A stretch of 64,000 nt of DNA from Eledone cirrhosa. Its lineage: Eukaryota. This document shows, in pieces, positions 12,675-25,889 of this stretch (the stretch's first letter is position 1; each line of letters opens with the position of its first letter). The notes under the pieces were generated by a model. The model ran no database searches and was not told where the DNA came from. It saw only the letters and a program-made list of their open reading frames with translations. The stretch lies in NCBI GenBank assembly GCA_964016885.1, contig OZ024740.1, forward strand, positions 409,138,001 through 409,202,000, read 5' to 3'. The position numbers and the translations under genes are program-made.

Positions 12675-14500
12675 CACACCACGCCACACTACACCATATC
12701 GAGGAAGAAGAAGACAACACCACACTACACTACACCACATCAAGGGAGAAGATCATAATACACTACACCACACTGAGGAAGGAGAAGACATCACTACACC
12801 ATATCACACCACACCACCACACTGAGGAAGACGATGATGAAGAAAAGCACATCACAGCACACTATACCACACCACACCACAACACACTATACCACACCAC
12901 ACCACACCACACCACAACACACTATACCACACCACACCACATCACAGCACAACACACTATACCACACCACACCACAGCACAACACAACACACTATACCAC
13001 ACCACACCACAGCACACTATACCACACCACACCACATCACAGCACAACACACTATACCACACCACAACACACTATACCACACCACACCACACCACAACAC
13101 ACTATACCACACCACACCACAGCACAACACACTATACCACACCACACCACATAACAGCACAACACACTATACCACACCACACCACAACACAACACACTAT
13201 ACCACACCACACCACAGCACAACACACTATACCACACCACACCACAGCACAACACACTATACCACACCACACCACATCACAGCACAACACACTATACCAC
13301 ACCACACCACAGCACAACACAACACACTATACCACACCACAGCACAACACACTATACCACACCACACCACATCACAGCACAACACACTATACCACACCAC
13401 ACCACAGCACAACACACTATACCACACCACACCACAGCACAACACAACACCACACCACACCACAACACACTATACCACACCACATCACAGCACAACACAC
13501 TATACCACACCACACCACACCACAACACAACACACTATACCACACCACATCACAGCACAACACACTATACCACACCACACCACAGCACAACACAACACAC
13601 TATACCACACCACACCACAGCACAACACACTATACCACACCACACCACATCACAGCACAACACACTATACCACACCACACCACAGCACAGCACACTATAC
13701 CACACCACACCACACTACAGCACAACACACTATACCACACCACAGCACAACACAACACACTATACCACACCACACCACAGCACAACACACTATACCACAC
13801 CACACCACATCACAGCACAACACACTATACCACACCACAGCACAACACACTATACCATACCACACCACACCACACCACAGTACAACACACTATACCACAC
13901 CACACCACATCACAACACACTATACCACACCACACCACATCACAACACACTATACCACACCACAACACACTATACCACACCACAACACACTATACCACAC
14001 CACACCACAACACACTATACCACACCACACCACATCACAGCACAACACACTATCCCACACCACACCACAGCACAGCACAACACACTATACCACACCACAC
14101 CACACTATACCACACCACACCACACTACACCACAGCACAACACACTATACCACACCACACCACACCACAGCACAACACACTATACCACACCACATCACAA
14201 CACACTATACCACACCACAACACACTATACCACACCACAACACACTATACCACACCACACCACATCACAGCACAACACACTATACCACACCACACCACAG
14301 CACAGCACAACACACTATACCACACCACACCACACTATACCACACCACACCACACTACACCACAGCACAACACACTATACCACACCACACCACACTATAC
14401 CACACCACACTACAGCACAACACACTATACCACACCACACCACAGCACAACACACTATACCACACCACACTACACCACATCGCAGCAAAACACACCACCA
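12675..14500. repeat. (CACAC)n-based minisatellite with CACACTATAC and CACAG modules
   Basis: Visible pentamer-built tandem array. Confidence 0.95.
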
Positions 14501-15445
14501 CATAACACCCAAAATGTTTTCCTCATTTATTTTTTGTGTGCTCTCAACTAACCTGAACTCCAAGGTGGTTGCTATTGACTTTCTCTTCCTAGAAAACAGA
14601 GGACTGGGTTGGGTGCACCTCTCTCTTTTAACTCCAGGCCCCTACCAAGAGTTTTCTATAAGAATTTTTCATATGTTATCAATGAATATGACCTACCAAC
14701 CAGTCAGAAACAACTAGTTTTTTCTAGAAAAAGGAGGGAAAAGGCAGTGGAAAGACCATCGGCGTTCTATAGATCTACACCCTAATGATTTTTCTTAATT
14801 TTTTTTTTGTGTGTTATCAGTTAATCTGAAATTTTAGTTGCTTTGAATCAATTTTTGTTTCCTGAGATTCAGAAACCCTAATGCTAAGATTAAAACTAAA
14901 TTAAACTTAAAATCAAATTTAACCCCAACCCTAAACTCTAAATATAAATATAAACTTTATCCCAAACCTTAAATTAAACCCTAAACATAACCCAAACCCT
15001 AAACTTTACCCAACCCTTAAACTAAATCCTAAACATTACCCCAACCCTAAAACTAAACCCTAAACCTAACCCAGGAAAATAAGTTGATTGTAAGCATCTA
15101 CAAGGTCAGATTAGTTGATAGCACAGGAAAAATATCGAAAATAATTATGTCCCACAACATGTGAATGGGGTGGAGATCTGCAAAACTCTCCCTCCTTTTT
15201 CTCCAAAGCTGATTGTCTTTGACTGGTTTGGAAGTCATATTCACTGATAACACATGAAAATAGAATCATAGAGAAAATTCCGAATAAGCAAGGGTTATCC
15301 GGGTGAAGTAGGAACCACCTCGCCCGCTCTGTTCTGGGTGAAAAAAGTCAGTTTTGAGCACCTTGGAGGTTGGATTAGTTTATAGCACATGAAGAATCGG
15401 ATGAAAAAATTTTTTTCCACAAAAATTGAAGGGGGTGTTGTATAA
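14500..15445. mobile_element. Foldback/MITE-like element with long imperfect inverted arms and a telomere-like (AACCCT-type) core
   Basis: TTTTCATATGTTATCAATGAATATGACCTACCAACCAGTC (about 14666) is the near reverse complement of about 15221-15260; further arm matches at about 14530/15380 and 14800/15110; degenerate AAACCCT repeats at 14872-15072. Confidence 0.65.
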
Positions 15446-15624
15446 TATAACCCACACCAAAACACACTTTACCATGCTAGACAACTCTTTATAACTTTAT
15501 ATCCTCAGTGCTTTAGAAAAGTCCAAGAGATAGGTTACATATATGTTTAATTTTTGTTTTTGGTATTTGCATGGAAGAAAAAAGGGGAAAAAGAAGATGC
15601 AGAAGATGATGAAGATGAAGAGGA

Positions 15625-17315
15625 CCACACCAACTGTACCACATGACACAACTCCACGCAACTGTACCACATGACAACTCCACACCAACTGTACCACATG
15701 ACACAACTCCACACGAACTGTACCACATGACACAACTCCACGCAACTGTACCACATGACACAACTCCACGCAACTGTACCACATGACACAACTCCACACC
15801 AACTGTACCACATGACACAACTCCACACCAACTGTACCACATGACACAACTCCACACCAACTGTACCACATGACACAACTCCACACCAACTGTACCACAT
15901 GACACAACTCCACACCAACTGTACCACATGACACAACTCCACACCAACTGTACCACATGACACAACTCCACACCAACTGCACCACATGACACAACTCCAC
16001 ACCAACTGCACCACATGACACAACTCCACACCAACTGCACCACATGACACAACTCCACACCAACTGTACCACATGACACAACTCCACGCAACTGCACCAC
16101 ATGACACAACTCCACATGACAACAGCAATTATACCACACCACTCACAAGAAGAAGACAACACCACATGTCACCACACCAACTGTACCACATGACAACACC
16201 ACACCAACTGTACCACACTACACACAAGAAAACACCACATGTCACCACACCAACTGTACCACATGACACAACACCACACCAATTATACCACACTACACAC
16301 AAGAAGACAACACCACATGTCACCACATGACACAACACCAATTATACCACACTACACACAAGAAGACAACACCAGATATCACCACACCAACTGTACCACA
16401 TGACACAACTCCACGCAACTGCACCACATGACACAACTCCACATGACAACAGCAATTATACCACACCACTCACAAGAAGAAGACAACACCACATGTCACC
16501 ACACCAACTGTACCACATGACAACACCACACCAACTGTACCACACTACACACAAGAAAACACCACATGTCACCACACCAACTGTACCACATGACACAACA
16601 CCACACCAATTATACCACACTACACACAAGAAAACACCACATGTCACCACACCAACTGTACCACATGACACAACACCACACCAATTATACCACACTACAC
16701 ACAAGAAGACAACACCACATGTCACCACATGACACAACACCAATTATACCACACTACACACAAGAAGACAACACCAGATATCACCACACCAACTGTACCA
16801 CATGACACAACACCACACCAATTATACCACGCTACACACAAGAAGACAACACCACATGTCACCACACCAACTGTACCACATGACAACACCACACCAATTA
16901 TACCACACTACACACAAGACAACACTACACATACCACACAAACTGTACCACATGACAACACCACACTACACATACCACACCAACTGTACCACATGACACA
17001 ACACCAATTATACCACACTACACACAAGAAGACAACACTACACATACCACACCAACTGTACCACATGACAACACCACACCAATTATACCACACTACACTC
17101 AAGAAGACAACACCACATGTCACCACACCAACTGTACCACATGACACAACACCACACCAATTATACCACACTACACACAAGAAGACAACACCACATGTCA
17201 CCACACCAACTGTACCATATGACAACACCACACCAATTATACCACGCTACACACAAGAAGACAACACAACATGTCACCACACCAACTGTACCACATGACA
17301 CAACACCACACCAAT
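15625..17315. repeat. Minisatellite, 29-bp unit CACACCAACTGTACCACATGACACAACTC grading into higher-order units
   Basis: Homogeneous 29-mers to about 16120, then longer blocks repeated at 327-bp and 75-bp offsets. Confidence 0.93.
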
Positions 17316-17539
17316 TAGAAAGTTATAGAAAGATATAATGAATCTTGACTGGTGAACTTTTACACCTGCAACACTTTCCTAACTAAAATGACAGACATCA
17401 CCCACTCACTAGACCATTCAGGGAATCCAAGCCATTCTCTTAATGTCAGACATCCTTCACTTCAAGGCCATCATCATGATACCCCTCCAGCAAAACAATA
17501 TGTGTATCCCAGCCCCAATCTCCACCAATGCATCCTGAG

Positions 17540-17905
17540 AGCTGGTGCCATGACGAAAAGCACCCAATTCACCCTGTAAATATGGTAGTGCTGATATCAT
17601 GATAAAATGCTTCTAGGACATGCAGTAAAGTGGTTGGTGTTAGAAAGGTTATCCAACCTTAGAAAACATGCTCCAAGTACACACTGAAATGTGGTTGGTA
17701 TTAAGAAGGACATCCAGTTGTTGAAAGAATGCCCCCAGTACATGCTATAAAGTGGTTGGGATTAGAAATGGCATTCAACCACAGAAACCAATCCAAAACA
17801 AAATGTATGAGCAGAACCTAGTCACCTGACCGGTCAAGACTAGCACATGATAGCTGTCTAACCTAGGCAATCGTATATGATAAACAGTGATGATGATAAT
17901 GATAT
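17540..17905 (+). mobile_element. Old SINE/RTE-3'UTR remnant with tandemly repeated Meta-like block
   Basis: Three diverged copies of GTGGTTGG..TTAG.AAGG.CATCCA about 63 bp apart, then a (GAT)n tail. Confidence 0.6.
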
Positions 17906-18426
17906 ATACATATGAGAACATACCTGTCCCAACACTGAAAGGAATTTAGGCAGACTAATGTTATATTTCATACATTATCCATAAGCAGAGAATATCAGCC
18001 AATGAAATGTGTGTTCTTCTGTATTTTTGCATACTCTTTTACCTGTTCCAGCCATTCGACCGAGGCCATGCTGGGGCACCGTTTATGTATTATTGCTTTT
18101 TTCTTTCATTATCTGAAGAAGTAGCAAATAATGGCTTTATTTAATCACACACACAGAGAGAGAGAGAGAGACTCAATTTGTTTTCATATGCCATTTAGTT
18201 AACAATTTTAAATATCATAGCTTCAGATAAGATATGGCATATTCAAAACTATTGAGCACTTCACATGAAATAAATTCTTGTATTTATAAAATATTATGTG
18301 AATGAGTATGTGTGTATGATTTGTGTATCTATGTATGAATGAGAATAGCTGAACAATAATTTGCTTTTGCAATTTTGTCTTTTGAATTTATTGATTGTTT
18401 TCTATTAACACATCATTTTTACAATT

Positions 18427-18464
<38 letters not shown>

Positions 18465-18924
18465 ATCAAAGGAATTTAAAGCAATGAAATAACAATATTT
18501 AAAACTTTGTATATGTATATACATGGGTTTATTACATAATAGAAAAAATACACTTAAAGATATTGCAATATTATAAATCCCTATATTTTTTCAAAATTAT
18601 GTGTTAGAATCTAAACTGTGCAGACCATGAAATATTAGTAACAAGGCAAAACATAATATTCACACATATTGCGATTTAACCATGAATGATTTATTTCCAT
18701 TCACCACATATAAAACATCTAGATGTTCTAGATGATGACAGCATCTAGAATGCAATACATATATATATATATTTAATTATATAATAAACAACACAATATA
18801 ATTATTCCATATAATTATTATTGTGTTTATTATATAATTAAATAGCTCTGCACTATACATAGACCACTTTTCTTTCCTTTACCTTTTCTATGGAAATACT
18901 TAACACATGCATATATATATATAA

Positions 18925-19260
18925 TCATCATCATCATCATCATCATCATTTTACGTCCACTTTTCCCTGCTTGCAAGGGTGGGACGGGAACTGATTCTGG
19001 CTTGATTTCTACAGCTGGATGCCCTTCCTAATACCAACCTCATTTACAGTGATGGTTTTTGCTGTGGCACCTACACGACCACTTTGCAGTGGAATGATAG
19101 TGACCCCAGTCCCTATCATCGCATTTCTACAGCTGAGTAAACTGGAGCAATGTGAAATAAAGTGTCTTGCTCAAGGAAACAACACATCACCCGGTCTGAG
19201 AATTGAACTCACAACCTTTCGATTGCAAAGCCAATGCTCTAACCACTAAGCCATGTGCCT
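18925..19260 (-). mobile_element. tRNA-derived SINE, family of 3992-4320
   Basis: Near-identical to 3992-4320 including A/B boxes and RTE tail. Confidence 0.88.
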
Positions 19261-19867
19261 CCATATATATATATATTATTGCAAATGTGAGTATATTAAA
19301 TTTAATTTCTAGATGTCGTGTTTATATTCAAATTATGGTGTTACATTTTTATAGGTTACTGTTATATTTCATATGTTTATATGAAATATATGCATATGCA
19401 CAAACATTTTAGAGGACAGTAAAAAAAAATCAAGATTTTCCTACTTTAAATGAAACTTAATTTTCAAATAGATTAACAATGTTTTACAGTGTTTGGTCGT
19501 ATAGATATTAAATTGAATTTATTGTAGTGAGATATGTGGTTGTACAAGTGAAAAGTGGTGGGACTAATTCACATATACTTGTGACACATTTAGTGTTATG
19601 CCCTCTTTACTATGTATTCATGATAGGAACCTATCATTCACATCATTAATTTATACCAACACAAATTGCATTTGCATATAATGTGAAACCTTGTATATGC
19701 ATAGTCCATGTCTTGTGTTTAGATATCAATTTTTTTTATTGTATGAGATAGAATAAGGCTGTGAATACCCACCCACAGGAACTCATACGAGAATCATGTT
19801 ATAAATATTAGTAATCTATTGAAACTATATTGCAAATAAAATAGAATAATAACATTATAAAAAATAA

Positions 19868-20082
19868 TGGTTTCTGATTTAGGCACAAGGCCAATAATTT
19901 TTGGGGAGGGGAAAATTGATTATATCGACCCCAGTACATTACTGGTACTTTATTTTATCGACCCTATAAGGATGAAAGGCAAAGTTAACCTCGGCGGGAT
20001 TTGAACTCAGAATGTAAAGAGCCATAACTCTATGCCACGAAGCATGGTGTCCAATGCTCTACTGATACTGCCAATCCACTGC
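19868..20082 (-). mobile_element. Nin-like SINE (family 2) just downstream of the EF-hand stop codon
   Basis: Matches 10346-10530; sense to the gene, starting about 140 nt after the stop. Confidence 0.8.
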
Positions 20083-20218
20083 CCTTATGAACAATAATGA
20101 AAAATGAGAAGAAAATGAACCCATGAAAAGCACTCGTAAGTAAAAGGAAAAGAACAAAATGCTGGGGAAGACAATGTAACAAAATGAACCAGGAACCATG
20201 AAATGTGCTTGACATCAT

Positions 20219-20438
20219 CTATTGGCTCTGTTTGAGGGTTTCTGTGACTTGACGCCATTCATCACTGGTTATACTATTATCGTTGTTTGTATCAATTTTA
20301 TCAAAAATTGTTTTGGCTTCTTCCTGATTATAACCTTTGCATTTTAGTGCCTCTAGTAATTCTGAAAGACTGACTTTTCCACTGCCATCAGAGTCTAATT
20401 CCTTAAACAAGTTGCAAAGGTCTTTATCTTTCACTTTG
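20219..20438 (-). CDS. EF-hand protein, terminal coding exon 3 (KVKDKDLCNLFKELDSDGSGKVSLSELLEALKCKGYNQEEAKTIFDKIDTNNDNSITSDEWRQVTETLKQSQ*)
   Basis: Acceptor ttttctaattttAG then C, completing GAC with exon 2; two 12-residue EF loops DSDGSGKVSLSE and DTNNDNSITSDE; TAG stop. Confidence 0.9.
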
Positions 20439-20974
20439 CTAAAATTAGAAAATAAAGAAAGTGAAGAGAAAAATAAAACATAAAAACAAAGCATAAAAGT
20501 CAAGTTTATGAAAAAATTATTGATTTCTTTTATTGAAATTGCTGCAGCTACTAAAATGACACTAAAAGTAAGTCTCATAGAAAAAAACTAGTAAAACAAA
20601 AAAATGATTCTCTCCGCTTCAAATTCGATCCATTCTCAATATACAATGTTAACTTTCATTCTTTCACTGGTATTCTAGCTGTGATCATTCTATTTTTCCT
20701 CTCCTAATGTATCCAAGACTAATTTATTAGGGTGTGGTGAAGCAATGGCATAGTGGCTCGCAAGTTGGATCATGTGTTGTGAGTTTAATGTGCCTCTTAT
20801 CAACTTCTCTCTTTACATAGATATGTGAGCAAAACTTTAATGTGGACTGAAACGGAACCTTGAAGAGAATCAGAAACTGACTTTTATACTGAGGTTTATA
20901 GCCTTTTATGTATTTTCGGCAACCACAAGAAGATTTGAATTCTTCACTGCTAATTAACAAAATATGATAATAAT

Positions 20975-21800
20975 AATCATCATTGTTTAATGTCCGCTTT
21001 CCCTGCTAGCAAGCGTTGGATGGGTCTACATTGAGCAAGTCAGTATAGAAGCAAGGCTACTGTCCTTCCAGAGTCTGTTGGAGGATCTGCATCTCACTTA
21101 CATACGGTCACACATTCTACCAAGTGCACCAACACAAGAGAGGTTGTCATGTCTTCGAAACAACTGACGGGTCCTCCCAACCCTTTGTTTCACAAACTTT
21201 TGACAGCTGGATGCCTTTTCTATCACCAACCATGTTACAGCATCTACTGGGTGCATTTATTGTGTAGATCACCAACACTAAGTCAGCTGTCATGTCCTTG
21301 ATACAATTGAAGGGTCCTCTGAATCCTTTTTAGGCATGGTTTCTACAGCGCGGTGCCTTCCTGTCGCCAACCGCTTTACAGGGTGTACTGGGTGCATTTT
21401 TGTAGCGTCAACGTTAGAGAGGTTGCTGGTCCTTGTCCCAATGGAAGTTGGGATGGCACTCACAAGTGCCAGAAAGGGGAGAGAATAGCTACATAGGAAT
21501 GAGCGGCATCATGATAGTGAGGGTATCTAAGGCTTTTTAAAGGGGAATGCAGTTAAGGAGTGATAAAGGTGGGGGGAATGAATGGAGTGGGAGTGTAGTA
21601 ATGATGAGGATAGCTGCTAGGGAATGCTAGTGGAAGGGGAACATTCAGGTCACATTGTAGGTTGTTGGCTGGGTCTTCATCATCAGAGCATAGTGCCAAC
21701 CCTCATGGTCCTTTGTCATCTCTATTATGAGGTTTAGTTTTTTAATGTCGGTCTTCACAACCTCGTCCCAAGTCTTCCTGGATCTGCTTTTCCACATGTG
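20975..21800 (-). mobile_element. Decayed RTE 3' end (C-terminal coding remnant plus 3'UTR with duplicated Meta-like blocks)
   Basis: Minus strand ..RKTWDEVVKTD..LNL near 21740-21790; tail complement CATCATCATTGTTTAATGTCCGCTTTCCCTGCTAGC at about 20980. Confidence 0.6.
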
Positions 21801-21834
21801 GATTATAAAATGTTTCAACATTTTATAGTTAGAT

Positions 21835-23791
21835 TGACTTAGTCAGTAAGGGTAAAGTATCTTGGCCATAGACTTAGTAAGAGTAAAGTATCTTGGCCAT
21901 AGACTTAGTAAGTAAAGTATCTTGGCCATAGACTTAGTAAGGGTAAAGTGTCTTGGCCATAGACTTAGTAAGGGTAAAGTGTCTTGGCCATAGACTTAGT
22001 CAGTAAGGGTAAAATGTTTTGGCCATAGACTTAGTAAGGGTAAAGTGTCTTGGCCATAGACTTAGTCAGTAAGGGTAAAATGTTTTGGCCATAGACTTAG
22101 TAAGGGTAAAGTGTCTTGGCCATAGACTTAGTCAGTAAGGGTAAAATGTTTTGGCCATAGACTTAGTAAGGGTAAAGTGTCTTGGCCATAGACTTAGTCA
22201 GTAAGGGTAAAATGTTTTGGCCATAGACTTAGTAAGGGTAAAGTGTCTTGGCCATAGACTTAGTCAGTAAGGGTAAAATGTTTTGGCCATAGACTTAGTA
22301 AGGGTAAAGTGTCTTGGCCATAGACTTAGTCAGTAAGGGTAAAATGTTTTGGCCATAGACTTAGTAAGGGTAAAATGTTTTGGCCATAGACTTAGTAAGG
22401 GTAAAGTGTCTTGGCCATAGACTTAGTCAGTAAGGGTAAAATGTTTTGGCCATAGACTTAGTAAGGGTAAAGTGTCTTAGCCATAGACTTAGTCAGTAAG
22501 GGTAAAATGTTTTGGCCATAGACTTAGTAAGGGTAAAGTGTCTTGGCCATAGACTTAGTCAGTAAGGGTAAAATGTTTTGGCCATAGACTTAGTAAGGGT
22601 AAAGTGTCTTGGCCATAGACTTAGTAAGGGTAAAGTGTCTTGGCCATAGACTTAGTCAGTAAGGGTAAAATGTTTTGGCCATAGACTTAGTAAGGGTAAA
22701 GTGTCTTGGCCATAGACTTAGTCAGTAAGGGTAAAATGTTTTGGCCATAGACTTAGTAAGGGTAAAGTGTCTTGGCCATAGACTTAGTCAGTAAGGGTAA
22801 AATGTTTTGGCCATAGACTTAGTAAGGGTAAAGTGTCTTGGCCATAGACTTAGTCAGTAAGGGTAAAATGTTTTGGCCATAGACTTAGTAAGGGTAAAGT
22901 GTCTTGGCCATAGACTTAGTAAGGGTAAAGTGTCTTGGCCATAGACTTAGTAAGGGTAAAGTGTCTTGGCCATAGACTTAGTCAGTAAGGGTAAAATGTT
23001 TTGGCCATAGACTTAGTAAGGGTAAAGTGTCTTGGCCATAGACTTAGTCAGTAAGGGTAAAATGTTTTGGCCATAGACTTAGTAAGGGTAAAGTGTCTTG
23101 GCCATAGACTTAGTCAGTAAGGGTAAAATGTTTTGGCCATAGACTTAGTAAGGGTAAAGTGTCTTGGCCATAGACTTAGTCAGTAAGGGTAAAATGTTTT
23201 GGCCATAGACTTAGTAAGGGTAAAGTGTCTTGGCCATAGACTTAGTCAGTAAGGGTAAAATGTTTTGGCCATAGACTTTGTAAGGGTAAAGTGTCTTGGC
23301 CATAGACTTAGTAAGGGTAAAGTGTCTTGGCCATAGACTTAGTCAGTAAGGGTAAAATGTTTTGGCCATAGACTTAGTAAGGGTAAAGTGTCTTGGCCAT
23401 AGACTTAGTAAGGGTAAAGTGTCTTGGCCATAGACTTAGTCAGTAAGGGTAAAATGTTTTGGCCATAGACTTAGTAAGGGTAAAGTGTCTTGGCCATAGA
23501 CTTAGTCAGTAAGGGTAAAATGTTTTGGCCATAGACTTAGTAAGGGTAAAGTGTCTTGGCCATAGACTTAGTAAGGGTAAAGTGTCTTGGCCATAGACTT
23601 AGTCAGTAAGGGTAAAATGTTTTGGCCATAGACTTAGTAAGGGTAAAGTGTCTTGGCCATAGACTTAGTAAGGGTAAAGTGTCTTGGCCATAGACTTAGT
23701 AAGGGTAAAGTGTCTTGGCCATAGACTTAGTCAGTGAGGGTAAAGTGTCTTGGCCATAGACTTTGTCAGTGAGGGTAAAATGTTTTGGCCT
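21835..23791. repeat. Intronic minisatellite of 31-bp and 35-bp variants, mostly as a 66-bp dimer
   Basis: GACTTAGTAAGGGTAAAGTGTCTTGGCCATA alternating with GACTTAGTCAGTAAGGGTAAAATGTTTTGGCCATA; no unique spacers. Confidence 0.97.
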
Positions 23792-23917
23792 AAGATGAAA
23801 CAGCATTAGACTGTCAACTTCAAATCTCAGGTAGGTAATTGATATAAACTGTTACAGTCTCTAATACTTGGTTTTTAGACAACACGCTTTATAGAATGCA
23901 ATCTTCTATATACTTAC

Positions 23918-24009
23918 TCCATAGGGTTTGCCTCTCTAAACTCACTCCATTCGTCCCATGTTATGCGATCGTTATCTGCTTTTCTACTATCGATATCCTG
24001 AAAAACACC
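23918..24009 (-). CDS. EF-hand protein, coding exon 2 (GVFQDIDSRKADNDRITWDEWSEFREANPM-D)
   Basis: Acceptor tttctttttaattgcAG, 92 nt open frame, donor GA|GTAAGT (phase 2); F-x-x-I-D...I-T-W-D-E-W EF-hand signature; absent from the ORF track. Confidence 0.85.
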
Positions 24010-24154
24010 CTGCAATTAAAAAGAAATAGATATTGAAGCTATTTTTCATTTACACAGTTATATTATACATAGATATATAATACTTTAATGTGGGCTGAAA
24101 CTGAACCTTGTAGAGAGTTAGAAACTGACACACACACACACACACATATATATG

Positions 24155-24345
24155 TGTCACAACAAAAAGCACCCATCATACACTGTAAATATGGTTGGTG
24201 TTAGGAAGGGCATCCAGCCATAGAAACCTAGCCAGGAACAGTTATATATGAGCAAAACATGGTCACCTGATCTGACATGCTTCTAATAGGGCAACCCGTT
24301 GAACCCATGCAAGCATGGAAAATGGACGTTAAACGATGATGATAA
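24155..24345 (+). mobile_element. SINE/RTE 3' fragment (Meta-like block and tail)
   Basis: GGTTGGTGTTAGGAAGGGCATCCAGCC...CCCATGCAAGCATGGAAAATGGACGTTAAACGATGATG. Confidence 0.75.
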
Positions 24346-24456
24346 ATATATAGTGGTAATTTACTACCAGCACAGGTTGAAAAGTTGGTCCCCAAACCAA
24401 CAAAATGTATATTCCTGGTATGGTTCATTGTTTTACTGTATTCTTAATATATATAA

Positions 24457-24636
24457 TTGTTTCTACTATTGGCACAAGGCCAGCAATTATCCCAGTGCAT
24501 TACTGGTACTTTATTTTATCGACCCCGTAAGGATGAAAAGCAAAGTTAACCTTGGCGGGAATTTGAACTCAGAATGGCAAGGGCTGTAACTATGCGTCAA
24601 AGCATGGTATCTGACCTTCTACCGATACTGCCAATG
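24457..24636 (-). mobile_element. Nin-like SINE (family 2)
   Basis: Matches 10346-10530. Confidence 0.8.
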
Positions 24637-24644
24637 AGCTCACA

Positions 24645-24935
24645 ATTGGAAGGCTGTGAGTTCAAATCTCAGACCAGGTGGTGCGTTGTGTTCTTGAGTA
24701 AGATACTTTATTTCACGTTGCTCCAGTTCACTCAGCAGTGGAAATGAGTTGCGACATCACTGACGCCAAATGGTATCAGCATTTGCCTTTCCTTGCACAA
24801 CATTGGTAGCATGGAGAAGGAGGACTGGCATGCATGAGTGACTGCTGGTCTTCCACAAACACACCTTAACCAGGCTTGTGCCATGGAGGAGAACTTTGCA
24901 GGTGCAAAACCATGGTCACTTGTGAGCAAAGAGGG
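24645..24935 (+). mobile_element. CORE-like SINE with a different 3' half
   Basis: B box GAGTTCAAATC and TTCTTGAGTAAGATACTTTATTTCACGTTGCTCCAG block, then diverges from family 1. Confidence 0.6.
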
Positions 24936-24949
24936 CCTACCTATGATAT

Positions 24950-25865
24950 TATCATCATTTAATATCCATTTTCCACTCTAACATGGGTTAGATGAACTGT
25001 TCTGTTGCGAGACAAGCCAGGTCGAATGATTGTGATTTATTCACACAGAACTGATTTTGGCTTGGTTTCTGTGGCTGGATGCCTTTCCAATGCCAACCAC
25101 ATTTACTGTGAACTGGGTGCTTTTTTTTGACACCTACACGACAATTTAACAATGTGGATTGGGCACTTCGTATTTTAACATCTACACGATCACTTTACAG
25201 TGTGGACTGGGTGCTTGTTGTTGTGACTCCAAGATGACCACTTTATAGTGTGGATTGGGGACTTGGGTGGGTGGGGTAGATCTAGGTATGAGGTGTTAGG
25301 ACGTGAGTAGGGTGTTACAATGTCGAAAGTGTATAGGAGGGTGATGAAAGGGAAGGTGCCGCATACTAAATGTATGCCCCAGCCTCTGTATATGGGAAGG
25401 CAGGTCTTCTGTATTACTGCATAGTGCCAGAGATCACGGTCCTGTGTCATCACCTTTGAGAGGTGCAATTGTGCAAGATCAGCTTTTATCACTTCATCCC
25501 AAGTCTTCCTAGGTCTTCCTACACCACAGCTTTCATCAACTTTGAGCACTCTGCACTTTTTTTATACAGCTGTCATCCTTCATACGCATCACATGTCCAT
25601 ACCAGTGCAATCATCTCTCCTGCACACTACATCTGATCCCTCTTACGTGCAATTTCTCTCTCAGTTCATTAATGCTTTGCCGTTTATGTAAATTACTATT
25701 AAACATCTATTGAAGCATGGAAGCCCTGCTTCTTTCCAATCTTCACAGGTTCTCTGCACACAGTGCCACACTACCATACAACATTGCTGTTTGTATACAA
25801 TCTGCCCTTCATTTTGAGGAAAAACATTTGTAGTTAGCAGTAATAACAACTCCCTGAAATTGTTT
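24950..25865 (-). mobile_element. RTE-clade LINE 3' fragment
   Basis: Minus strand FRELLLLL, WYGHVMRMKDDSCIKK, GVGRPRKTWDEVIKADL plus 3'UTR. Confidence 0.88.
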
Positions 25866-25889
25866 ACCAAGAAACTAATGAAAGAAAAC

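Noticed and set aside
12834-17338. His/Thr-rich and Cys/Val/Trp-rich ORFs
   Set aside because: Open in several frames on both strands because the minisatellite lacks stops; no splice or domain support
20439-20578. Signal-peptide-like N-terminus of the 119-aa EF-hand ORF
   Set aside because: It is T-rich intron upstream of a good acceptor that phase-matches exon 2
21835-23791. CRISPR-like array (31-35-bp repeats)
   Set aside because: Units are contiguous with no unique spacers, no cas genes are present, and the context is a eukaryotic intron
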